A program made the position numbers and the translations under genes. Positions 30,426 to 39,508 of a DNA stretch of 64,000 nucleotides are shown piece by piece; within the stretch, counting starts at the first letter, position 1, and each line of letters opens with the position of its first letter. Source of the DNA: Spirochaetia bacterium. GTDB lineage: Bacteria > Spirochaetota > Spirochaetia > WTKD01 > G963693115. The DNA lies in NCBI GenBank assembly GCA_965226055.1, contig CBDDCA010000004.1:128001-192000 (forward strand), in the 5' to 3' direction. Below the pieces are notes generated by a model. That model was not told where the DNA came from, made no database searches, and saw only the letters and a program-made list of their open reading frames with translations.

Positions 30426-31418
30426 ATGAGAGATATTATAGTGGAGGAAAGAGTGCTAAAAAATACATTAGAACAATTAAGAAAATTTCAGGAGATTCTT
30501 AACCAAAAATTTGAAGTTGAAAAACAGCTTCAGGAACTCCCTAAGGAAATTGAAAGAAGAGATGAAATAGTCATTCGTATGAAAGAAAATTTCCTTGAGT
30601 TTAATGATAAGCGAAATGCTTTGAAGAAAGAAATTATTGTTAAGCGAGATGAGCTTGATAAAGTGGTAGAGAAAACATCTAAACTTGAAAAAGAAGTGGG
30701 AAACGTAAGTTCTCAGCGAGATTATGAACAAATTGATAGGGCTATTAAAGATAATAATGAGTCTGAGCAAACCTTACGTAGGGAAATACAAGTAGCTGAG
30801 AAGAAAATACATGATTTTCAAGAAGAATTTACGAATGCAGAAACATTGTTGCAAGAACAAGAGCATTCTCTTATGAATATTAAGGATAAAATTGAACAAG
30901 ATATTATAAAGTATGAAGTGCAACTGAAAGAACTGGAAGCAAAGAAACAAGAAGTGACAATGTATATGGAAGATAATCTAGTATTTAAGTTTGAGCGTAT
31001 TCTAAAGTCGAGAGAAGGTGATGGTATTGTTCCTATTCGGCAGAATGTATGTTATGGGTGTCATATGCTCCTTCCTCTCAAGATAGTAAATGAAGTATGT
31101 GAAGAACAGAGGGTAGTCACTTGTCCTTATTGTTCTAAAATTTTATTTTATGATGGAGATAGCGATAAAGAAGAAGTTGAGAACATAGAGATTGCAGGAT
31201 TGAAAGATATTATTGATACTCAAGATATTTCTCTTGATGATTTTGATGAAGAAGATTATCATAGTTTTATGCAAAAAGATGATTTAGGATCTGATGAGTA
31301 TATTCCTGCTCAAAATTTAGAAGAGATGGAAGATGATATAGAGGATGATTTGGACGATGATGATATAGAGGATGAATTAGGTGACGATATAGAGGATGAA
31401 GATTTAGGTGATGAATAA
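30426..31418 (+). CDS. C4-type zinc-ribbon coiled-coil protein (CT398/HP0958-like) with acidic tail
   Basis: Long coiled coil, CYGCHM...CPYCSKIL, Asp/Glu-rich tail; alternative GTG start at 30453 after GGAGG. Confidence 0.85.
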   Translation: MRDIIVEERVLKNTLEQLRKFQEILNQKFEVEKQLQELPKEIERRDEIVIRMKENFLEFNDKRNALKKEIIVKRDELDKVVEKTSKLEKEVGNVSSQRDYEQIDRAIKDNNESEQTLRREIQVAEKKIHDFQEEFTNAETLLQEQEHSLMNIKDKIEQDIIKYEVQLKELEAKKQEVTMYMEDNLVFKFERILKSREGDGIVPIRQNVCYGCHMLLPLKIVNEVCEEQRVVTCPYCSKILFYDGDSDKEEVENIEIAGLKDIIDTQDISLDDFDEEDYHSFMQKDDLGSDEYIPAQNLEEMEDDIEDDLDDDDIEDELGDDIEDEDLGDE

Positions 31419-31463
31419 TACTCTATATACATAGCTGGTATTTGTATGTATAATAAGATGAGA

Positions 31464-31797
31464 GCAATTATAGGTAGTAAGGGGTACTGCTACAATTATT
31501 TGTAGAGGAAAGTCCGGACTCCATAGAGAAAGTCACTGGGTAATGCCCAGCGAGCGTGAGCTTAGAGAAAGTGCCACAGAAAATATACCGCCAAGAGGTA
31601 AGGGTGAAAAGGTAAGGTAAGAGCTTACCGATTTTATAGCAATATAAAATGCATGGTAAACCTTGACTGGAGCAAAACTAGAAAGTAAAGGATATCTCGT
31701 CTTTATTTACAGGTAAGTTGCAAGAATACAGTACAATACTGTATCAAGATAAATGGTGCCCATTACAGAATCCGGCTTACGTACTGCCTATAGTTGT
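31464..31797 (+). ncRNA. rnpB: RNase P RNA
   Basis: GAGGAAAGTCCGGACTCC, AGTGCCACAGAAA, GGGTGAAA, GGTAAACC, ACAGAATCCGGCTTA, and P1 pairing (caattataggtagta/tactgcctatagttg). Confidence 0.95.
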
Positions 31798-31875
31798 TTT
31801 TACTTTTTAAGATTTTCTTTATAGTGTATAATCAATAGTGAGTGTAGATATATACTGTATAATTAGGGAGGGAAT

Positions 31876-32790
31876 GTGAGGAAAACTCATTTATTTCTTA
31901 TTATTGTATTACTTATAAGCATTCTCTTTATTGGATATTTTGTATTTCGTGGGCTATTTATACAAAGCAGGGAAAGAGAGGTACATTTACATACTATCAA
32001 TAAGTATTGGAATGCACAGGATTATGAGGGACTCATAGAGTTTGTAGATACATATCAAACACAATTTTTAGATGATGATTATGTAATGCTTTTGAAAGGA
32101 TTCTCTCTTTTTAATGTTATTTTTTTAGAAAGCATCCATGATTTAACTACTCTTAATTATGAAAAATTATGGGAAGCTATTCGGCATATACGCAGAGTAA
32201 TTGCTTTACATAGCTCAAATGAGTGGATAGCTGAAGCATATTATGTGTTAGGAAAAGCATACTATTTTTTATCAAAAAATAATCTTAATAAATCTATAGC
32301 GTATTTTGAGATGGCACAAGCACAAGGGTTTTATTTAGAAGATATAAATGAATATTTGATAGCTGCTTATAGGGAATTAGGGGATGTTGAGATGCTTGAA
32401 ACGATACTTATGCGTTCAATTAAAGAGAATCCAAAGTTTGAATATTTTGAAATATTACTGGATCTGTATTTAGAAACAAAGCAAGATAATAATATTTCTG
32501 ATACAATAAAAAAAGCAGAGCAATTTGTAGTTTCACAAGCTGATACTGAAGCATTAACGATTATAGAAGCAAGACGTTTAATGAATAACAATCAGTTTGA
32601 TAAAGCAGAAGCATTATTGCTAAATATTTTAGAATCCAATGTACAGTCTGCACAAGCCTATTTTTTTCTAGGAAATGTATATGAAAGAATGGGGAAAATG
32701 GTAAAGGCACGCTTTAATTGGAGGCAAGCATATAAATTACGGCCTACATGGGAGGAAGTAATTATAAAACTAAAAGATAATAATAGCTAA
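31876..32790 (+). CDS. Membrane-anchored TPR protein
   Basis: N-terminal TM, AYYVLGKAYY and AYFFLGNVY TPR motifs; same position before mreB as in other spirochaetes. Confidence 0.8.
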   Translation: MRKTHLFLIIVLLISILFIGYFVFRGLFIQSREREVHLHTINKYWNAQDYEGLIEFVDTYQTQFLDDDYVMLLKGFSLFNVIFLESIHDLTTLNYEKLWEAIRHIRRVIALHSSNEWIAEAYYVLGKAYYFLSKNNLNKSIAYFEMAQAQGFYLEDINEYLIAAYRELGDVEMLETILMRSIKENPKFEYFEILLDLYLETKQDNNISDTIKKAEQFVVSQADTEALTIIEARRLMNNNQFDKAEALLLNILESNVQSAQAYFFLGNVYERMGKMVKARFNWRQAYKLRPTWEEVIIKLKDNNS

Positions 32791-32812
32791 ATAAAAGCAC
32801 AAAGAGGGAGCA

Positions 32813-33832
32813 ATGGGTTTTTTTTCTAATTTTATTCGTTCTGATATTGGGATTGATTTAGGTACTTGTAATACATTGGTTGCAGTATATAATAAAGGCA
32901 TTGTAATTGATGAGCCTTCGGTGGTGGTAGTACATCTTGAGACTAACAAGATTATTGCGGTAGGAAAGGAAGCACAATCAATGTTACACAGAACTCCTGG
33001 TTACTATGATGTCATACGTCCATTACGGGATGGTGTAATAGCAGATTTGGGGATGACAGAGAGGATGATTCGTCATTTCTTAGGAAAGGTATTACAGCAT
33101 AGGCGTTTCATCAGTCCTCGTATTGCTATTGGTGTTCCTTCTTGTATTACCGATGTAGAGAAACGAGCGGTAGTTGAATGTGCAGAAAGAGCAGGAGCAC
33201 GTCAGATACGGGTAATACATGAATCTCTTGCTGCAGCAATAGGGGCAGATCTTCCTATTTATGAGCCTGAAGGGAACATGATTTGTGATATTGGGGGCGG
33301 AACTACTGAAATATCTGTGTTGTCTTTAGGGGGAATGGTAATATCCAATGCAATTCGGGTAGGAGGAGATGAATTTGATGAGGCTATTATACGTAAAATT
33401 CGCAATGAACATAACATAACAATAAAACAACCGACCGCAGAAAAAATAAAGAAAACTATAGGTACGCTTGATCCGCAGGATAATAGCGATGTGATGGAAA
33501 TTCGAGGAAGAGATGCTTTGACGGGTTTACCAAAGAAATTAGAAATTAACAGTCGTGAGATAAGCGAAGCTCTTATGGAACCATTTAATATTATTATTGA
33601 TGAAGTGAAAAAAACATTAGCACAAACTCCTGATGAGTTGGTATCAGATATTATTGAAAGAGGTATTGTGTTAGCAGGTGGTGGGGCTTTATTAAGGGGT
33701 ATTGATGCCAAGCTCGCTGAAGGTATTGGGATACCAGTAATTATTACAAAAGACCCTCTTCGTTGTGTTGCTGAAGGTGCAGGAAAATATTTTGAGCATG
33801 AGAGAAAAATAAAAGCGCTGTTTAGACATTAA
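32813..33832 (+). CDS. mreB: Rod shape-determining protein MreB
   Basis: IDLGTCNT, DIGGGTTE, LAGGGALL. Confidence 0.98.
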   Translation: MGFFSNFIRSDIGIDLGTCNTLVAVYNKGIVIDEPSVVVVHLETNKIIAVGKEAQSMLHRTPGYYDVIRPLRDGVIADLGMTERMIRHFLGKVLQHRRFISPRIAIGVPSCITDVEKRAVVECAERAGARQIRVIHESLAAAIGADLPIYEPEGNMICDIGGGTTEISVLSLGGMVISNAIRVGGDEFDEAIIRKIRNEHNITIKQPTAEKIKKTIGTLDPQDNSDVMEIRGRDALTGLPKKLEINSREISEALMEPFNIIIDEVKKTLAQTPDELVSDIIERGIVLAGGGALLRGIDAKLAEGIGIPVIITKDPLRCVAEGAGKYFEHERKIKALFRH

Positions 33833-33869
33833 TAATGTTGTTATTCTATTAGTATTGTTGTTGAATTAT

Positions 33870-34697
33870 ATGTTCCAAATTCTACAAAAGCGTGTATTTT
33901 ACTTTATTATATTATTAGTAATTTCAATTCTTTTTATTGTCAATTATAAGATAAACTCTCGTCTTTTATATAATCTTAGTTCCTATGCTCTTAATACATC
34001 GGTAGCGATAAAAGAAGGAATAGGGTATGTCGTGTTCAAGCTCAATAATTTTCGAGAATCTATAGCGAGCAATTTTGTGTTGCGTGAGCGTATTAAAACA
34101 TTAGAAAAGGAAATTTTAGAGTATGAACAAAATTATCGTTCTACAGTATCGCTTGATTATCAAATATCACGTTTACAGCAGATGCTGGGGTTTTCTCTCA
34201 ATACTGATTATGAGTTGCTTCCTGCATTTCTTTATTCTCAAGATACTACATTTCCTCACCGATATTTGATAAACAAAGGGCAACAGGATGGAGTCTATGA
34301 TGATAATCCTGTGCTTGCTATGTATCAAAATAAATTGGTATTTTTAGGAAAAATAAAAGAGAGCTATGATGGTTCTTCTCTGTTTGTTTCAGTCAATGAT
34401 ATAGATTTTTTTGTTCCTGTTATTACTGATGTTACGAATCAAATAGGTATATTGTATGGGAATGGTATGAGGGATGACACTATGACATTAGAGCTAGATG
34501 CTATTTCTGGTATAGAACAATTGTTTGTTGATGAGGTGGTGTTAGTCAATGAGTTTTCAAAAAATTATCCTCCAGGTATTCCTATAGGACGAGTAGTAAA
34601 TGTCAGTTATGGAAAAGAAGATCTTCTTATTAGAGCAACAGTGAAACCGTATGTGGATATAAAATCTATTGATATAGTGTTTATATATAAGCAATAA
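33870..34697 (+). CDS. mreC: Rod shape-determining protein MreC
   Basis: TM + coiled coil, INKG..DGV, YPPGIPIGRV, VKP; follows mreB. Confidence 0.88.
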   Translation: MFQILQKRVFYFIILLVISILFIVNYKINSRLLYNLSSYALNTSVAIKEGIGYVVFKLNNFRESIASNFVLRERIKTLEKEILEYEQNYRSTVSLDYQISRLQQMLGFSLNTDYELLPAFLYSQDTTFPHRYLINKGQQDGVYDDNPVLAMYQNKLVFLGKIKESYDGSSLFVSVNDIDFFVPVITDVTNQIGILYGNGMRDDTMTLELDAISGIEQLFVDEVVLVNEFSKNYPPGIPIGRVVNVSYGKEDLLIRATVKPYVDIKSIDIVFIYKQ

Positions 34698-34707
34698 AGA
34701 GAGTAGT

Positions 34708-35214
34708 ATGTTTATTTTTGTGTTATTGTTTAAGCATATAGTGCCTGGCATACTATTGCTCTCTATTCAACAAGTTTTGTCGTTGCAAGTACATTCAGCA
34801 TTTTCTCTTCCTGATGTACTATACATATATATATTATTACTGCTTTACTTTAATGAAGAACAGAACCCGTGGATATTTATTGCTGCTTTTGTTCTCTCTC
34901 TTATTCAAGAGTATAATTCTGGTCAGATAATAGGTATTACTTCTTTATATTTTCTGTTGTTTTCTTATTTTTATTCTAGGATAAGTAACCTTTTTTCTTA
35001 TAATACTTTTTTTATTGTTATTGCTGTATCGTCTTATATAGCATGGATCTGTTTTGAAATTCTTATGCATTTTATTTTAGGATTTCCGTTACCTGTATAT
35101 TTTTTTTCCGTTACTATGTTGATTAAATTTGGTATAAACATTATCATTATTATGGTATTTTATTTCTTCTTGTCAGTTGTTCTTTCTAAAAAGGATTCAA
35201 GATATGAAGAGTAA
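34708..35214 (+). CDS. mreD: Rod shape-determining protein MreD
   Basis: Hydrophobic, LPD motif, lies between mreC and mrdA. Confidence 0.75.
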   Translation: MFIFVLLFKHIVPGILLLSIQQVLSLQVHSAFSLPDVLYIYILLLLYFNEEQNPWIFIAAFVLSLIQEYNSGQIIGITSLYFLLFSYFYSRISNLFSYNTFFIVIAVSSYIAWICFEILMHFILGFPLPVYFFSVTMLIKFGINIIIIMVFYFFLSVVLSKKDSRYEE

Positions 35215-37036
35215 GTTTATTTATTTAGGAATTTTTTTTAGTAGTGTAGTTCTCTTGTTTTTATCTTTTTTATATCGATATCAAATTATAGATAATCAGC
35301 AATATCGAGATTATATTGATAAGCTTGCTACACGACAAAATCAGCTACGTTCTTTGCGAGGAAATATTTATGATCGTAATAAAGATGTACCTCTTGCAAT
35401 GAATGTCAGTGCGTATCGTATTATTATGGATACAAAAAAATTTCCAATGAAAGAGAGAGCAAAGTTAGTAAAAGATCTTTCTCTTTTACTAAATGTAAGT
35501 GAAAATTTTATATATTCTGTACTGGATGAAAAAAAGAAAGAAATTGTGCCTCAGGTTTTACTGGATAATTTACAATATGAAGAAGTAATAAATATAGTAG
35601 AAAAAATAGGGAATTTTCCGGGCGTAACATGGCAAAGAGTAATTAACAGATATTATCCTCATAATAGTTCTATGTCACATATTATTGGTTTTATAGGAAA
35701 AATAACAGATACAGAGACACGTTTATTAAACTATGAAGGGTACACGGTCTATGATGAAATAGGAAAAGCAGGGATTGAAAAAGAGTATGAAAAGGAATTA
35801 CGAGGACAGGCTGGACAAAAAAAAGAGTTAGTCAATGTTTTTGGTGAAAAAATTGAACAAAGAAAAGAGATTGTAGAAACAGTAAAGCATGGACATAACC
35901 TTATATTAAGTATAGATAGAAATATTCAGGAGATTGTAGAGAAAGCTATTGGTGACAGGGTAGGGGCAGCTGTGATATTGAAACCACATAGTGGGGAGAT
36001 TCTTTCGATGGTGTCGTACCCTCGTTTTAATCCTAATATTCTCTCTCTTAGCTCTGATAAGAAACTTATTTCTGATATTATATCGAATGTAAACTCTCCT
36101 TTTTTTAATAGAGCTATTCAAGCAAGTACTTCTCCTGCATCTACATTTAAGGTTCTTATGGCACTTGCATTTTTACAAGAGTATCCTCGTCAGTGGGATT
36201 ATTCAATATATGATGAAGGGTATATTACTATTGGAGATAGAGTCTTTTCTGATTGGTATCGTTTAGGACGTGGGTGGGTTTCTATTTCTGATGCTCTTGC
36301 GTATTCTAATAATACATTTTATTACAGTATAGGGGTAGATAAACTAGGTATTTCAAATATAGTGCAATATTCATCGTTTATGGGCTTAGGAAAAAAAACG
36401 AACATAGATTTACCGGGAGAAGTGAAAGGAACAATACCAAGTCCTCGTTGGAAATTTTTACGGTATAGAAAGCCTTGGCTTGCTGGTGATACAGCAAATA
36501 TCTCTATAGGGCAAGGGTATCTTTCTACTACCCTTATACAGCTTGCAAATCTTACTGCAGGAATTGTGAATGAAGGTACTATTTATACCCCACATCTTCT
36601 TAAAGAAGTAAGGGAACAAATTTCTGGTACGGTAATTAAAAAAATTGAGCCTGAAGTTCTTTATACCATAGATACTATAGATAAAAAAGTATTTAAGAGA
36701 ATGAAAAAGGATATGCGTGGAGTAGTACAATATGGTACTGCAGAAAAAGTTATTACTACTGATGCAGTTGCAATAGCTGCAAAGACTGGTACAGGGCAGG
36801 TATACGCAGATGTAAGTGAGCCTCATTTTAATTCAATGTTTATTTCCTATGCTCCTTATGATGCTCCTGTTGAAGATCAAATAGTGTTAGCTATTTGGAT
36901 AGATGCAGTAAATGAATGGGAATGGTGGGCTCCTAAAGCAGCGAATATTATTTATCATGCTATCTTTACTGATAGTACCTATGAGGAAGCTCTAAAATCA
37001 TTGAAAGATAAAGGGACCTGGTATTTATATGAATAA
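35204..37036 (+). CDS. mrdA: Penicillin-binding protein 2
   Basis: RGNIYDRN, RYYP, STFK, SNN, KTGT motifs. Confidence 0.95.
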   Translation: MKSKFIYLGIFFSSVVLLFLSFLYRYQIIDNQQYRDYIDKLATRQNQLRSLRGNIYDRNKDVPLAMNVSAYRIIMDTKKFPMKERAKLVKDLSLLLNVSENFIYSVLDEKKKEIVPQVLLDNLQYEEVINIVEKIGNFPGVTWQRVINRYYPHNSSMSHIIGFIGKITDTETRLLNYEGYTVYDEIGKAGIEKEYEKELRGQAGQKKELVNVFGEKIEQRKEIVETVKHGHNLILSIDRNIQEIVEKAIGDRVGAAVILKPHSGEILSMVSYPRFNPNILSLSSDKKLISDIISNVNSPFFNRAIQASTSPASTFKVLMALAFLQEYPRQWDYSIYDEGYITIGDRVFSDWYRLGRGWVSISDALAYSNNTFYYSIGVDKLGISNIVQYSSFMGLGKKTNIDLPGEVKGTIPSPRWKFLRYRKPWLAGDTANISIGQGYLSTTLIQLANLTAGIVNEGTIYTPHLLKEVREQISGTVIKKIEPEVLYTIDTIDKKVFKRMKKDMRGVVQYGTAEKVITTDAVAIAAKTGTGQVYADVSEPHFNSMFISYAPYDAPVEDQIVLAIWIDAVNEWEWWAPKAANIIYHAIFTDSTYEEALKSLKDKGTWYLYE

Positions 37037-38366
37037 AAAGATAGATTTTGTTATGCTTTTGTCTGTTCTCACTTTGCTTATTGTAGGGGTGTTGGCAATT
37101 TATTCTAGTTCAGTTGATATACATAATGAAATTAAATCAAACGAGTATATTCGTCAAATTATTTTTATTGTACTTGGTATTGGTTTATTTTTGAGTATAC
37201 ATCTTATTTCATTAAAAGATATTCAAAAATATGTTGTTGTATATTATATAGTGTGTATTCTGTTGCTTATCATAACATTATTTTTTGGACAGATAAGAAA
37301 TGGAGCGAAATCATGGATTGGTATTTGGAATTTTGGAATACAAATTTCTGAATTTTCAAAAATTGCGGTAGTGTTAATGCTGGCTAAGATTGCTGAAGAT
37401 GGAGGAGAATATAATTTTAGTGCAAGGTTTATCATACGTGCTTTGTGTCTTGTTGCTATTCCTTTTGCGCTTATATTATTACAGCCCGATATGGGTACTG
37501 CTTTAGTATACATTCCTATACTGCTTTCTATTTTTTTTGTGTCTGGGGTACAGTGGCATCGTATCATGTTTGTAGTGTTTGTTGGGATTGTAAGTATTAT
37601 TACATTGATTTTGTTATTTTTCTTTTATTCTTCTGATATTGCTTCTATCAGTCCTGAAGATATTATTCGTCAATCAACTTCTATGATAACTATTTATATC
37701 ATAATACTGCTTTCTTTAGTTCTTTTAAGTTTGGTAGGTATCAATCTCTCCCATTTTAAGAAATTTTTTCATGTTTCATTATATATATCGTCAGTGTTGA
37801 GTGTAGGGACTGTTTTAGCAGTAGCTGCTTTGCGTATACTGAAACCGTATCAGTTACAACGATTGCTTATTTTTATAAACCCTAACTCTGATCCTCTTAA
37901 TACTGGATGGCATATTTTACAATCGAAAAATGCTATTGGAACTGGAGGATTGTGGGGACTAGGGTTTCTTGAAGGTAATCAGTCAAAATTACAATATCTT
38001 CCAATGGCACAAACTGACTTTATTTTTTCGGTTATAGGAGAAGAGTTTGGATTTATAGGAGCATCGTTTGTGTTGTTGTTGTATTTTGCTATTATGTGGA
38101 GAATACTCATTATTGGATATAAATCTTCTAGTATTTTTGGGGCTATCTGCTGTGCTGGTATATTTGCTATTTTCTTTACTCATTTTACGGTAAATGTTGG
38201 CATGACATTGGGGTTAATGCCAGTAACAGGCATTCCTCTGATGTTGCTTTCGTATGGAGGCTCTTCTTTATGGACAGCTCTTATGTGTATAGGAATAGTC
38301 CATACTATTTTTTTTCAAGAAACGAAATATAAAGCTGGGGCTGTTGCGTTACTTGTAGTAAAGTAA
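37029..38366 (+). CDS. rodA: Rod shape-determining protein RodA (SEDS)
   Basis: GAKSWI, QISEFSK, QPDMGT, TDFIFSVIGEEFG, PVTGIPL..SYGGSS. Confidence 0.95.
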   Translation: MNKKIDFVMLLSVLTLLIVGVLAIYSSSVDIHNEIKSNEYIRQIIFIVLGIGLFLSIHLISLKDIQKYVVVYYIVCILLLIITLFFGQIRNGAKSWIGIWNFGIQISEFSKIAVVLMLAKIAEDGGEYNFSARFIIRALCLVAIPFALILLQPDMGTALVYIPILLSIFFVSGVQWHRIMFVVFVGIVSIITLILLFFFYSSDIASISPEDIIRQSTSMITIYIIILLSLVLLSLVGINLSHFKKFFHVSLYISSVLSVGTVLAVAALRILKPYQLQRLLIFINPNSDPLNTGWHILQSKNAIGTGGLWGLGFLEGNQSKLQYLPMAQTDFIFSVIGEEFGFIGASFVLLLYFAIMWRILIIGYKSSSIFGAICCAGIFAIFFTHFTVNVGMTLGLMPVTGIPLMLLSYGGSSLWTALMCIGIVHTIFFQETKYKAGAVALLVVK

Positions 38367-38552
38367 TAGTAACATATCCAATATGTAGGTCATATTTAGG
38401 GGATATAATAGTGTATTGAAAAAATATGTACAAAAATTACATTGAACATTAAAGATTAAAAAAATATGTAAATGTACATGAAAATAAGATATTTTTTATA
38501 TAGTATGCTATCATTATTAGATAAAATACTATATACTTAAAGCAGAGGCTTA

Positions 38553-39011
38553 GTGAGAATGCAAAGAGGACTTTATGATGTCATTGATTTTTCAAAAAGG
38601 GTATTGGTAGATATTCCTTTTGGTATCACAAATCTAAAATTACAAAAATTAATGTATTTTATCTATGGGACCTATTATTGCGAAACAGATAAAGAATTAT
38701 TTAATGAAAGACCACAAGCATGGGATTATGGTCCTGTATTTCCTAAAGTCTTTTATAAATACAGAAGCAGTGCTGGTGGAGATATAGATAATACTCACAT
38801 TTTTTCTAAATTAGAAATTGATGATAAAAAAGTAAAAAATATAAAAGAGGCAGTACTAAACCAATTAGCCGATAAATCTGATTCTAAGTTAATTGGTATG
38901 ACACATATAGATAATGCTGCTTGGAGTCGTGTCTATAAACCTGGGGTAAGAGGTATACTTTTAGATCTAAAGGATATTAAGAAGGATTTTGCCAAATATG
39001 TCAGAAAATGA
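38553..39011 (+). CDS. Panacea (DUF4065/SocA-like) antitoxin
   Basis: ITNLKLQKLMYF, QAWDYGPVFP, L...TH...AW motifs. Confidence 0.88.
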   Translation: MRMQRGLYDVIDFSKRVLVDIPFGITNLKLQKLMYFIYGTYYCETDKELFNERPQAWDYGPVFPKVFYKYRSSAGGDIDNTHIFSKLEIDDKKVKNIKEAVLNQLADKSDSKLIGMTHIDNAAWSRVYKPGVRGILLDLKDIKKDFAKYVRK

Positions 39012-39357
39012 ATCAGAAGATATATTAGAATATGATTACAGTGATCCACAAGTTCAAGAAAAAAATAAAGACGATAATAGAGAACAAGAGTTAGAGAAAT
39101 TAAGAGAAAAAGTGAATCAACTAGAAGCTGAAAGACAAAAATTAGCTGCATTAAGTTCAACATATATAAGTATTATTGTGATTGGAAGTGCTTTACTTTT
39201 TAATATCTATATATTTCATAATTTTAATTTCAATATAGTAGGATCTATTATTATAGGGTTAATTGAGGTGATAGCACTGCTTATAATAGCAAAAATGTAT
39301 AAGATAAGCGTCATCAATAATCTATGGGAAGAAATTACATCTCTTTTTAAGAAATGA
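38998..39357 (+). CDS. Small two-TM protein, putative Panacea-paired toxin
   Basis: Overlaps antitoxin stop; acidic N-terminus, coiled coil, two TM helices. Confidence 0.6.
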   Translation: MSENESEDILEYDYSDPQVQEKNKDDNREQELEKLREKVNQLEAERQKLAALSSTYISIIVIGSALLFNIYIFHNFNFNIVGSIIIGLIEVIALLIIAKMYKISVINNLWEEITSLFKK

Positions 39358-39437
39358 TAAAAAGTAACAATACTTATATTAGCATTCTCCTTTATCTCAT
39401 ATAATCTTTGAATTTACAAAAAAACTCTCATTTTCAC

Positions 39438-39467
39438 TTGATTTTTTTTTTTTTTTTATTTTAAAAT
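39438..39467 (+). promoter_or_regulatory. Sigma70 promoter of dynamin operon with T16 tract in the spacer
   Basis: TTGATT (39438-39443), 18-nt spacer, TAAAAT (39462-39467); T run 39442-39457. Confidence 0.7.
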
Positions 39468-39508
39468 AAAGTAAATTATAAAAACAAATATAAAGAGGAA
39501 CAAGTAAT

